Part shown: one piece after another, positions 16,706-25,070 of the stretch
Numbering within the stretch: position 1 is the first letter of the stretch
Layout: the number at the start of each line of letters is the position of its first letter
The notes under the pieces: generated by a model
Database searches by the model: none
Told to the model about the DNA's origin: nothing
What the model saw: the letters and a program-made list of their open reading frames with translations, nothing else
Assembly: GCA_001029695.1 (NCBI GenBank)
Contig: CP011211.1
Span: 900,001-932,000 of the forward strand
Source of the DNA: Candidatus Saccharimonadota bacterium
GTDB lineage: Bacteria; Patescibacteriota; Saccharimonadia; Saccharimonadales; Saccharimonadaceae
Direction: 5' to 3'
Length of the DNA: 32,000 nucleotides
Position numbers and translations under genes: made by a program

Positions 16706-18205
16706 ATGGCAACACTTCAAGACTACCGAGATGAACGTTTACGTAAACTAGATGAACTAAAGCAACTAGGAATCAATCCGTATCCGGCAACTTCAAACCG
16801 AACACATAATGCAGGAACTATTCTTGGGGATTTTGATACCCTCGAAGGAGAGAACGTTGTTGTTGCAGGGCGCATCATGGGTATTCGTAAGTTTGGCAAG
16901 TTAGCGTTTATCGTGCTTCGCGATATGAGTGGCTCGATACAGCTATTTCTTCATGCGCCTGATGTCGCTGAACTTGACGTAGCGAGTGGCATCCTTGGCA
17001 TGAAAGAACTACCGCTCCTCGATACGGGTGATTTTATCGAAGCAACAGGTAAGGTAATAAAAACAAAAACGGGTGAAATCTCTGTGGGTGTTTCATCACT
17101 TCGTTTACTCACAAAATCGTTGCGCCCTATGCCGACTGAGCTGACGAACAAGGAAGAACGTTTCCGTCGTCGCTATATTGATATGAACGTTAACCAAGAG
17201 GTACGAGAGCGATTTATTCGTCGTAGTAAGTTTTGGCAGGCGACTCGTGACTTTTTGAATGAAAACGGTTTCATCGAAGTAAATGTTCCCGTGCTCGAAC
17301 ATACAACTGGAGGAGCTGATGCAAACCCATTTGTGACACATATGGATGCACTTGATCAAGATTTCTATCTTCGCATTAGCCATGAGCTACCGCTGAAGCG
17401 CCTACTGGGCGCCGGTTTCGAAAAAGTATACGATCTTGGACCACGTTTCCGAAACGAAAATTATAGCGATGAACATCTCCCAGAACATATCGCTATGGAA
17501 TGGTACTGGGGATACGCAAGCTGGCGAGACGGTATGAAGTTTCAGGAAAAGCTATTTACGCATGTGCTCGAGAAGGCATTTGGGACGCTTCAATTTACGC
17601 TTCAGGGTGTTGATGTTGATATGAGCAAAGAGTGGGAAGTGTGGGACTATGCAACGGTTATCAAGGAACGCTACGGTATTGACGTATATGAAAGCTCGCT
17701 CGATGAGGTCAAGAAAGCATTGACTGACAACAACCTTGAGGTTGAACAGACTGAAAATCGCTCCCGTGGTATCGATAAGCTTTGGAAGAATATTCGAAAA
17801 GATGTTGTCGGACCGGTATGGCTTATCAACACACCGAAGTTTATCAGCCCGCTTGCAAAGAGCAATCCAGAAGATGAGCGAGTAGTCGAGCGTTTCCAGG
17901 CAGTTATTGCAGGGAGTGAGTTGTCAAACGGATTCTCTGAGTTGAACGATCCGATCGACCAGTTGAATCGTTTTGTCGAGCAACAAAACATGCGTGATGC
18001 TGGCGATGAAGAAGCGATGATGCTGGATATTGATTATGTAGAGATGCTTGAATACGGCATGCCACCAGCGTGTGGACTTGGATTCTCGGAACGAGTATTT
18101 TGGATCTTTGAGGGAGTTACTGCAAGAGAAGGTGTGCCTTTCCCGCAGCTTCGCACTGAGTACGATGCCACGACACGCGATATTTATCCAGAAGTTTCAC
18201 TATAG
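16706..18205 (+). CDS. lysS: Lysyl-tRNA synthetase, class II
   Basis: Typical N-terminus (RDERLRKLDELKQLGINPYP), an OB-fold region, and class II motifs (GPRFRNE..., GLGFSERV). Length 499 aa. Confidence 0.95.
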   Translation: MATLQDYRDERLRKLDELKQLGINPYPATSNRTHNAGTILGDFDTLEGENVVVAGRIMGIRKFGKLAFIVLRDMSGSIQLFLHAPDVAELDVASGILGMKELPLLDTGDFIEATGKVIKTKTGEISVGVSSLRLLTKSLRPMPTELTNKEERFRRRYIDMNVNQEVRERFIRRSKFWQATRDFLNENGFIEVNVPVLEHTTGGADANPFVTHMDALDQDFYLRISHELPLKRLLGAGFEKVYDLGPRFRNENYSDEHLPEHIAMEWYWGYASWRDGMKFQEKLFTHVLEKAFGTLQFTLQGVDVDMSKEWEVWDYATVIKERYGIDVYESSLDEVKKALTDNNLEVEQTENRSRGIDKLWKNIRKDVVGPVWLINTPKFISPLAKSNPEDERVVERFQAVIAGSELSNGFSELNDPIDQLNRFVEQQNMRDAGDEEAMMLDIDYVEMLEYGMPPACGLGFSERVFWIFEGVTAREGVPFPQLRTEYDATTRDIYPEVSL

Positions 18206-18212
18206 ATATATT

Positions 18213-18242
18213 AAAATACCGAGATGTACGTCTCGGTATTTT
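18213..18242. terminator. Bidirectional intrinsic terminator between convergent lysS and ORF 18264..18572
   Basis: AAAATACCGAGA-tgtacg-TCTCGGTATTTT: a perfect 8-bp stem with A/T flanks. Confidence 0.8.
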
Positions 18243-18263
18243 AAATATGGGGGCGAGTAGGGA

Positions 18264-18572
18264 TTACGCTGCTTTGTTGATGCCGTCAGCACTTTCAGCA
18301 AGTTCGCCGACAGTAATCTCTATATTATCTTGCACGATGGCTTCATAATCAGGGACATGTGTAGCAATCCAAGCTCCAAGCTCTTCTTCTGAAGCAGTTT
18401 CCTGAAGAGCAACGAGTTCTTCAAGGTCTTTGTCGCTGAGGGACTCGGTGATTTCTGTGCCGATTCGTTCTTCTACTGTCTCGTTAAGGTGGAGGAGTAG
18501 TGAGTCGATATCATGATCTTCGAGGTTAATGCCGAGGGCGAGGAGGGAGTCTTTTGTGATGTAATCTTGCAT
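18264..18572 (-). CDS. Hypothetical highly acidic small protein
   Basis: 102 aa with 26 D/E versus 4 K/R by direct count. Lies 37 nt downstream of the repeat protein on the same strand. Confidence 0.6.
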   Translation of the reverse strand: MQDYITKDSLLALGINLEDHDIDSLLLHLNETVEERIGTEITESLSDKDLEELVALQETASEEELGAWIATHVPDYEAIVQDNIEITVGELAESADGINKAA

Positions 18573-18609
18573 GTAGTTGGTTTCCTTTGTTAGTTATGTT
18601 TATTGTAGC

Positions 18610-19773
18610 TTAGGCGACAGATTCTTGGTAGCTCGCTTTTGCGGCGCGTGTACCAGCTGCGACTGCTGAAGCGGTTCGTCGTGCAAAACGTCCGATTGCT
18701 TTGCCAATTCTTCCGACCTTTGTCTGACCAGCCCATTCAGATGCTTGAGAGATCTTTTCTTGACGCGCATTACGGCGGGCTATTTTACGAACGCGAGCAG
18801 CTCGAGCGATATTGGCTGCATTTTGTCGCGCTTCATCGAAAGCTTCATTCTCTTCGATAGCTTCAGTATGAGCTTCGGCGTAGTCGATATTATCCTCATA
18901 CGAGTCGTATGCCGCTTCTTGGCTCTCTCGCTTAGCGGTAGCGTCGATATTTGAACTATATGAGTCATATGCTGCCTCTTGCGCGGATTTTTTCTGCGTG
19001 TTTATAGAGGCTGCTTCATCGTATGCATCTGCATAATTGACGTTTTCGCTATAGCTGTCAAAAGCGTCGTCTTGAGCTTGGCGCGCTTCAGAGTAGGCGA
19101 CGTTATTCTCATACGAGTCAAAGGCGCTATTTTGCGCTTCGCGATTTCGATTATCATTTTCTTTATGGGCGGCACGCTCGGCAAATCGTACCTCGGCTTT
19201 TTGAGCAGCAGCCATTACTATGTCTTTTGAGATCATCGCAAAGAGGGCAGTTGTCTCAGCGCCACTTTTGCTCGCTGACCAGCCTTTTTTGACTCCTTCA
19301 AGGGCGGCTAGCCCCCAGTAAGAAACTGCATCTTTGGCATTCGTTATTTTTTCAGCACGGTTTTCCTTGCGTGCTGCTTTATCGAAGTCTTTATTGAGTA
19401 GGAGCGCTTCAGCGTGCTGCTCGTCTCGATGTTCGTTTTGAGCTTGCATCCAGTCGGATTCAAGCGACTCACGATCTGCAGTGGTCTGGACATTGCTATC
19501 GTACGTGGCAAATGCTTCATTTTGTTCTTGAGTTTGTTGAGCGAAGTTAGCGGCATCTCGAGCTGAGTTTTCTTGATGCGCCTCACTGTGTAGTTTGTTT
19601 ATTGCTCGCGTATTTAATACGTTGGCAACTCGTGAGGCGGCATTTTTGATACGCTCCGCCATAGGGGAGATTTCTTGTCTTTCACTTGAAAGTTCATTTT
19701 CCCACTGATCGAAATCCTGCTGGTTGTCTTCGGGGTTGAACGCTGGGGCGGATGATTCAAAGTTTCGTGGCAT
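18610..19773 (-). CDS. Hypothetical repeat protein with A[FY]DSY-type tandem motifs and a basic C-terminal tail
   Basis: 387 aa. Motif Q-x-x-A-[FY]-D-[ST]-Y-x-x-N-[VI] occurs at aa 84, 214, 234, 265 and 285, with a partial copy at 308. AGGAAA RBS upstream. Confidence 0.7.
   Translation of the reverse strand: MPRNFESSAPAFNPEDNQQDFDQWENELSSERQEISPMAERIKNAASRVANVLNTRAINKLHSEAHQENSARDAANFAQQTQEQNEAFATYDSNVQTTADRESLESDWMQAQNEHRDEQHAEALLLNKDFDKAARKENRAEKITNAKDAVSYWGLAALEGVKKGWSASKSGAETTALFAMISKDIVMAAAQKAEVRFAERAAHKENDNRNREAQNSAFDSYENNVAYSEARQAQDDAFDSYSENVNYADAYDEAASINTQKKSAQEAAYDSYSSNIDATAKRESQEAAYDSYEDNIDYAEAHTEAIEENEAFDEARQNAANIARAARVRKIARRNARQEKISQASEWAGQTKVGRIGKAIGRFARRTASAVAAGTRAAKASYQESVA
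18829..19134 (-). repeat. Intragenic degenerate tandem repeats encoding the A[FY]DSY motif (aa 214-315 of the 387-aa protein)
   Basis: QNSAFDSYENNVAYSEA, QDDAFDSYSENVNYADA, QEAAYDSYSSNIDATAK, QEAAYDSYEDNIDYAEA, and a partial ENEAFDEA. One outlying copy, QNEAFATYDSNVQTTAD, is encoded at 19474-19524. Confidence 0.8.
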
Positions 19774-19936
19774 GGTTTTTCCTATTTTTGTTTTATAGTG
19801 CTGATGGTTTGAGCACGGTGAAGTGATTTGTAGTTTATATTAGCATAAATATGATAAAAAGTCAATATAGTTATCTGCAGTGATTAACGTACACTTACGA
19901 GTAGTTAAACGCGGGTGCAGGTAATTGCATCTGTTT

Positions 19937-19945
19937 TGGTATAGT
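19937..19945 (+). promoter_or_regulatory. Extended -10 box 6 nt upstream of the DUF2207-like gene start
   Basis: TGgTATAGT-ggagat-ATG. Confidence 0.5.
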
Positions 19946-19951
19946 GGAGAT

Positions 19952-21727
19952 ATGAAGAAGCTTATGATGTGTTGGGTGATGATAGCGAGTGTTGTAGCGG
20001 GAGTGATGATTTCTCCGGCTGTGTCGGCGGATGTAAATAACTTTTCTTTTTCGAGTTTTGAGGGAGATTATTATCTTTCGAGAGGGGAAGATGGTAGGTC
20101 TCGTCTCAGGGTTGTTGAGACCTTTACCGCCGATTTTCCTGACTACAATCAAAATAAGGGGGTGGTGCGTGCAATCCCAAAGGTATATGATGGCCACTCA
20201 GTGTCATTGGCGATAGAGTCTTTAACGAGAAATGGTCAGAATGAGCCTATTTATGATCAGACCACGCAAAATGATAACCTACTCGTATCGACTGGTGATG
20301 ATACGTACGTAACCGGGTCTCAGACATATCAGCTGACGTATACACTGCAGGATGTGACAAAAGATTTCGGTGATCATCAAGAGTTTTATTGGGATACTGT
20401 CGGTACTCAGTCGAGTCAGTCATTTGGACGTGTTGTTGGCAGAGTGCATTTAGATAGCTCGGTAAAGGATCTCTTTGCAGGTCAAACAGCTTGCTACGAA
20501 GGAGTGCAGGGCTCCACGACTCGATGTGACGTTACAAGCCAAGGTGATGTCTATACGTTTAGCTCTAATGGCGCTATGCAGCCCCGTGAGAATGTATCTA
20601 TGGTCATGAAGTTTCATGGAGCTAGCTTTGCGGGATATTCTGAAGGGCTTGTTGGTGTCGTGCGACAAGCGGGTGCTATCTTGGGGATAGTGCTTTCGAT
20701 TTGCGGGGTTTTATGGGCGATACTTATTCGGGTAAAGCGGGGTAAAGATGCTGTAGGACGCGGTACTATCGTACCTGAGTATCTCCCGCCAAAAGACATT
20801 TCGGTGTTGTTTGCGAGTGATTTTTACGGGGGCGCAGCACACGCATTACCTGCTCAGATGATTGACCTCGCTGTCCGCAAGAAGATCCAGATTATCGAAG
20901 AGGAGAAGAAAGGTATTTTTGGGTCATCGAAGAAGTACAGCGTAAAAAGTATCAACACGGATAATCTCAATCAGCACGAAAAGGCATGCATGGAAGCTAT
21001 ATTTGGCTCGCTAGAGCTTGGTGTGATCCATGAGCTGAAATCATCTGACGCAAGCGTATCATCAAAGTTGCAAACGCTGACGACAACCGTCAAGAGTGAC
21101 GCATTTGAAAGCGGATACCGCCGAAAAGTTCCGGGGGTCTACAGGCCATTTATGTTGAGTGGGTCAGCGATGGTGATAGCGATTGCGGTGTTTATCTATT
21201 CAATCGCGACGATACCTGATTGGACGATCGCTGTTTTCCCGGTGGCGGTTACAGGGCTTATTTTTACGGCAATTTTGACTGCGACGCTTCGTCCTTTGAC
21301 TGAAAAGGGTGTACAGCTGACAGAGTATCTAAAAGGTCTTGAGCTTTATATAAAATACGCCGAAGCGGATCGCTTAAAGGTACTCCAGAGCCCTGAAGGT
21401 GCTGAAAAAACACCCATCGATATTTCCGACACGGCGAAAGTAGTGAAGCTTTACGAGAGAGTCTTGCCATATGCGGTGTTATTTGGGCAAGAAAAGGAAT
21501 GGGCGAAGCAGCTAGAGACGTACTACGAATCAAGCCAGACGCAGCCTGGTTGGTATAGTGGTTCAAATGCATTTAATGCGGCACTCTTCGCATCATCGTT
21601 GAATAGTTTTTCATCAGCTGTCGCCACAAGCTTTTCACCTCCGAGTAGCTCAGGCGGGAGTGGTTTTTCTGGTGGAGGCGGCTTCTCTGGCGGCGGAGGC
21701 GGTGGAGGTGGCTTCGGAGGTCGCTAG
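19952..21727 (+). CDS. DUF2207-like membrane protein (signal peptide, extracytoplasmic domain, TM helices, Gly-rich C-terminal tail)
   Basis: MKKLMMCWVMIASVVAGVMISPAVSA is a signal peptide. FEGDYYLSRGEDGRSRLRVVETFTADF... resembles the DUF2207 N-domain. Several TM helices follow, and the C-terminus is GGSGFSGGGGFSGGGGGGGGFGGR. The start is moved to Met10 of the track ORF. Confidence 0.68.
   Translation: MKKLMMCWVMIASVVAGVMISPAVSADVNNFSFSSFEGDYYLSRGEDGRSRLRVVETFTADFPDYNQNKGVVRAIPKVYDGHSVSLAIESLTRNGQNEPIYDQTTQNDNLLVSTGDDTYVTGSQTYQLTYTLQDVTKDFGDHQEFYWDTVGTQSSQSFGRVVGRVHLDSSVKDLFAGQTACYEGVQGSTTRCDVTSQGDVYTFSSNGAMQPRENVSMVMKFHGASFAGYSEGLVGVVRQAGAILGIVLSICGVLWAILIRVKRGKDAVGRGTIVPEYLPPKDISVLFASDFYGGAAHALPAQMIDLAVRKKIQIIEEEKKGIFGSSKKYSVKSINTDNLNQHEKACMEAIFGSLELGVIHELKSSDASVSSKLQTLTTTVKSDAFESGYRRKVPGVYRPFMLSGSAMVIAIAVFIYSIATIPDWTIAVFPVAVTGLIFTAILTATLRPLTEKGVQLTEYLKGLELYIKYAEADRLKVLQSPEGAEKTPIDISDTAKVVKLYERVLPYAVLFGQEKEWAKQLETYYESSQTQPGWYSGSNAFNAALFASSLNSFSSAVATSFSPPSSSGGSGFSGGGGFSGGGGGGGGFGGR
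21644..21724 (+). repeat. Gly-codon low-complexity tract encoding the DUF2207-like C-terminal tail
   Basis: GGN-rich DNA encoding SSSGGSGFSGGGGFSGGGGGGGGFGGR. Confidence 0.8.
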
Positions 21728-21778
21728 CTAGTGACCTTAGGGGCGTAAAAGAATAAGCAAAATAGAGGCAGCTTGGGG

Positions 21779-21784
21779 TACAAT
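21779..21784 (+). promoter_or_regulatory. -10 box 7 nt upstream of the helicase start
   Basis: TACAAT-aggtgat-ATG. Confidence 0.45.
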
Positions 21785-21791
21785 AGGTGAT

Positions 21792-24122
21792 ATGACAGTT
21801 GCATCACAGCTTGGCTTTTCCGACACACTTCCTGTATTTGATTTTTATGACACGATTGTCGACGCCGTTGACCAAAATCAAGTGACGATTATTACTGCAG
21901 AGACAGGTGCTGGAAAAAGCACGCAGGTGCCACAATATTTGGCTGAACACGGTTATAGTAAGGTGATTGTGACGCAGCCAAGGATTCTTGCTGCCAGAAA
22001 CCTATCCCGACGAGTAAGGGAAGAATACGCTATTCGAACTGGCAAGGATGGCGATGATCGTATAGGCTACCGGACAGCACATGAACGTGACGATAGTCCG
22101 CGAACACAAATATTATACTGCACTGATGGGCTGCAGCTTGTTCGCGAGATTACTGGAGCTGGCACCGAGGAGCAACAGGTGCTTGTACTCGATGAGGTGC
22201 ATGAATGGAACGAGAATATGGAAGTTCTTGTGGCGTGGGCAAAGAAGCGCTGCGAAGAAGAGCCTCGTTTTAAGGTGGTTGTGATGAGTGCGACGATCGA
22301 AACGAGTACTCTTGCTGAATATTTTGACACTACCGCAGTAGTGAATGTACCTGGGCGAAGTTATGAAGTAAAGAAGCGGCGCGGTACAGACGTACTTAGT
22401 GAGATTTTTAATCAACTCGAGGCTACGACAAAGAGTAATATGCTAGTGTTTCTTCCTGGTAAGTCGGAGATCCAAAATGTTGGTGAAGCAATCAAGACAA
22501 AGGCAGACGAGGCTGGCGTCCCTGTTATACCACTGCATAGCCAGCTTGAGGCGACTGCTCAGCAAGAGGTATTTGCGAACTATCCGAACGGTAAAATTAT
22601 ATTGGCGACAAATATTGCTCAGACGAGCGTGACGATTGATGACGTCGATGTGGTGATAGATAGCGGCTTGGAGCGTCGTAGCGAAGTGCGAAATGGCGTT
22701 GAGGGGCTTTTTATCGCTCAGATTTCTCAGGCAGATTGCTTACAACGGGCTGGGCGAGCAGGGCGCACGAAGGCGGGTGAATATATACTTGCACCGTACG
22801 ATAGTATGCCATGCCTTGAGTTTGACGACCGGCCGGAGTATGCCACACCAGAGATCATGCGAAAACATATCGATCGCCTCACGCTTCGGCTTGCGAACGT
22901 AGGTATCGATATTGAAATGCTTGATTTTTATCATGATCCAAGTAAAAAAGCGATCCAACGCGCTAAGCGAACGCTCGTCGCACTTGGTGCGATGACGAAA
23001 AAGGGTGATGTCACAAGGATTGGCCGACAAATGGAGCAATTTCCAGTCGAGTCGAGTTACGGACGCATGCTTGTCGAGGCACAAAAATATAGCAAGGAAG
23101 TGCAGACTAAACTTGCAGCAATTATCGGAATACAAGAAATCGGTGGCATCGTAAAGGGCGGCACGCGATATACGGGGTGGCGTAAGTATACGAAACAATA
23201 TAAGTCCGACCTGCTCGCTCAGTATGATGTTTATTTGGCGCTGCCGCTCATGATTGCAGCTGAGTACGAAGAAACAGGTATTATCAGTAAGAACGTACAT
23301 AAAGCAAAAGAGGTGATGGAGCGTCTCGATCGTGACTTAGGGCTTGATCCTGAGCTTTTGACACCAATTGCGGAGGATGAGCAGGATCCATTGTTGCGCT
23401 GTATTGTCGCGGGTCAGATTGATCAGTTATGGATGATCAATGAAAAAGGTGAAGCCGAGCACATTGTAACGAAACAAAAGCGCGAGCTATCGAGTGGTAC
23501 GGTCGTGCGGAATCCGAAGCTTGTGACTGGCACGCCATTTGACCTACAGGTACCAACACGTAGTGGTGATCTCGAAACGCTCCATTTGGTTCAGGGGGTA
23601 ACGGCAGTGAACACTGACTGGCTCTTGGAGCTGGCGCCGGAATTATTTATGTCGCGTCGCGGTAAAGTACAGTACGATCCGCGATCAGGAAAGCTGACGA
23701 CCCGGCAGATGGTACGCTTCGGTGGGCAAGTTCTCGAAGGGAGCGGTACGTCTGTCAACGAGAACACTCCGGAAAATCGACGTCTTTTTATCGATGCTTT
23801 TGCTACATGGGCGTACGAACAGCTTGAGCGAGAGCGTCGTAGCTTTGCGAAGTACCATACCAAACGTATTCCGCCAGTACCACTCCGACAGTTGCAGCAG
23901 CAAGTAAAGTCTATTGCTCACAATGCGATTTCTCTTGATGATGTCGCCTCGAACCAAAAAGCAGAGCTCATTGCGCTCGCAAAGCTACATACTCATTTAG
24001 GCAATGACTTCATGGCGCAGCTGGGAGCTACACACAAACGTCACGATCATCGTGATCAATCTCGTCAGCGTGGCTGGCAGCCCAAACATAAGCGAAAGTT
24101 TGATCGACGACGCGATAGATAA
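21792..24122 (+). CDS. DEAH-box (DExH/RHA, HrpA/HrpB-like) ATP-dependent helicase with a basic C-terminal tail
   Basis: Motif I TAETGAGKSTQ, motif II LDEVHEW, motif III SAT, motif V TNIAQTSVTIDDV and motif VI QRAGRAGR are present. The C-terminus is HKRKFDRRRDR. Confidence 0.87.
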   Translation: MTVASQLGFSDTLPVFDFYDTIVDAVDQNQVTIITAETGAGKSTQVPQYLAEHGYSKVIVTQPRILAARNLSRRVREEYAIRTGKDGDDRIGYRTAHERDDSPRTQILYCTDGLQLVREITGAGTEEQQVLVLDEVHEWNENMEVLVAWAKKRCEEEPRFKVVVMSATIETSTLAEYFDTTAVVNVPGRSYEVKKRRGTDVLSEIFNQLEATTKSNMLVFLPGKSEIQNVGEAIKTKADEAGVPVIPLHSQLEATAQQEVFANYPNGKIILATNIAQTSVTIDDVDVVIDSGLERRSEVRNGVEGLFIAQISQADCLQRAGRAGRTKAGEYILAPYDSMPCLEFDDRPEYATPEIMRKHIDRLTLRLANVGIDIEMLDFYHDPSKKAIQRAKRTLVALGAMTKKGDVTRIGRQMEQFPVESSYGRMLVEAQKYSKEVQTKLAAIIGIQEIGGIVKGGTRYTGWRKYTKQYKSDLLAQYDVYLALPLMIAAEYEETGIISKNVHKAKEVMERLDRDLGLDPELLTPIAEDEQDPLLRCIVAGQIDQLWMINEKGEAEHIVTKQKRELSSGTVVRNPKLVTGTPFDLQVPTRSGDLETLHLVQGVTAVNTDWLLELAPELFMSRRGKVQYDPRSGKLTTRQMVRFGGQVLEGSGTSVNENTPENRRLFIDAFATWAYEQLERERRSFAKYHTKRIPPVPLRQLQQQVKSIAHNAISLDDVASNQKAELIALAKLHTHLGNDFMAQLGATHKRHDHRDQSRQRGWQPKHKRKFDRRRDR

Positions 24123-24241
24123 CGGAAGATGATGACGATATTGTCGCTTAAGATACTTTGTGTGTTAGTAGCCATATCATCGTAGTGAACGGATACTCAC
24201 TAGTAGATATCAGGCGGGGATGACTACGCGAGTTGCGCATC

Positions 24242-24274
24242 AAAAATAATATGGGCCGCAAACATGTGGCCCAT
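24242..24274 (-). terminator. Second terminator-like hairpin in minus orientation, 60 nt beyond the first
   Basis: ATGGGCC (24251-24257) pairs with GGCCCAT (24268-24274). On the minus RNA the hairpin is followed by AUUAUUUUUG. Confidence 0.45.
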
Positions 24275-24329
24275 TATCAATGAGCGACTATCGATCGTTA
24301 CTGTAGTAAGAAATAATAGCTAGGAATGT

Positions 24330-24360
24330 AAAACGTCCGCACCAAAATCTGGTGCGGACG
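24330..24360 (-). terminator. Intrinsic terminator of ORF 24377..24931
   Basis: Perfect 10-bp stem 24334-24343/24351-24360. The A4 run on the plus strand gives a U-run after the hairpin on the minus-strand RNA. Confidence 0.8.
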
Positions 24361-24364
24361 GGGT

Positions 24365-24382
24365 GATCGTTCTCGATCAGCG
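24365..24382 (-). other. Copy A of a conserved mini-hairpin motif just upstream of a terminator (overlaps the stop codon of ORF 24377..24931)
   Basis: The plus strand reads GATCG-TTCT-CGATC-AGCG. The block cgttctcgatcagcg matches 26234-26248 at 14 of 15 positions. Confidence 0.5.
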
Positions 24383-24931
24383 ATTCCGGTATGGACGGGA
24401 GCTCCACTTTTTTGTTTCAGTAGAGCGCCAATGTGTTAGCGCACGCTCAAGCTCTACAAGTTCTTCGATCGAAACGCTTTCGGGGTGACGCCAGGCTTGG
24501 CGTAGCATCTCCTTCCGCTGAGCTTTAGTTGTGAGGGTATCTTCGATCAGGATGATCTTTCGTATCACAACCACTCGTGGCGGAAGCCTATATATAGTTG
24601 TAATAGTCTGAGCTGGGCGACTGCCATAGCTCGGTCGATGTTCGTAGATACGGATCTCTCTTGGGCGCGGTGCAAAGAGACCTTCGAGGCCTGTGGTGTC
24701 AGCTATAGCCTCCAAAGTTTTCCCCGAGGAGGGGTCGGCGAGTTCGTAGCGACTCGAAGTGGCAAGTGCACTATTGATGCGAGAGCTGATACTTTTACGT
24801 AGCTTAGCATACATAGGCTGTGCGGCTTCGAGCCGATTCATTCGGACTATCTCCTTGATTACTAGTGTTGTCAATGCAGCTATCGCTATGACGAAAACAA
24901 CCAAAAGTACAATCAACCAAGAATCATTCAT
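24377..24931 (-). CDS. Hypothetical single-pass membrane protein
   Basis: The start is set at MNDSWLIVLLVVFVIAIAALTTL because AAGGAG lies 5 nt upstream. One N-terminal TM helix. The C-terminal SIEELVELERALTHW resembles the end of ORF 26266..26940. Confidence 0.6.
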   Translation of the reverse strand: MNDSWLIVLLVVFVIAIAALTTLVIKEIVRMNRLEAAQPMYAKLRKSISSRINSALATSSRYELADPSSGKTLEAIADTTGLEGLFAPRPREIRIYEHRPSYGSRPAQTITTIYRLPPRVVVIRKIILIEDTLTTKAQRKEMLRQAWRHPESVSIEELVELERALTHWRSTETKKWSSRPYRNR

Positions 24932-24977
24932 GAAGACTCCTTGAGTGGAACATGAGATAGGGTATCTCAATGTTCAT

Positions 24978-24986
24978 ATTATACCA
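24978..24986 (-). promoter_or_regulatory. Extended -10 promoter of ORF 24377..24931 (SD-led mRNA)
   Basis: The minus strand reads TGGTATAAT, followed by a leader of about 45 nt ending in AAGGAG-5 nt-ATG. Confidence 0.5.
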
Positions 24987-25070
24987 TAAATATGAATTAA
25001 AAACCTTCGTGCTGACCAGTTGACACTATCGGGCTCATGTTGCTTTAGTACAGCATAAGAGCGCCACTTC

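Noticed and set aside
21644-21724. GGN-rich repetitive DNA here and at about 30224-30259, considered as a tandem repeat, slippage hotspot or G-quadruplex.
   Set aside because: Both tracts are in-frame Gly-codon runs at protein C-termini with mixed codons (ggt, ggc, gga). There is no exact repeat unit. They are best explained as low-complexity coding sequence.
22740-23300. 186-aa minus-strand ORF, plus other antisense track ORFs in the helicase gene (22067-22415, 23591-23957).
   Set aside because: They lie entirely inside, and antisense to, a helicase with intact motifs. They have no RBS or promoter and an odd composition. These are typical shadow ORFs.
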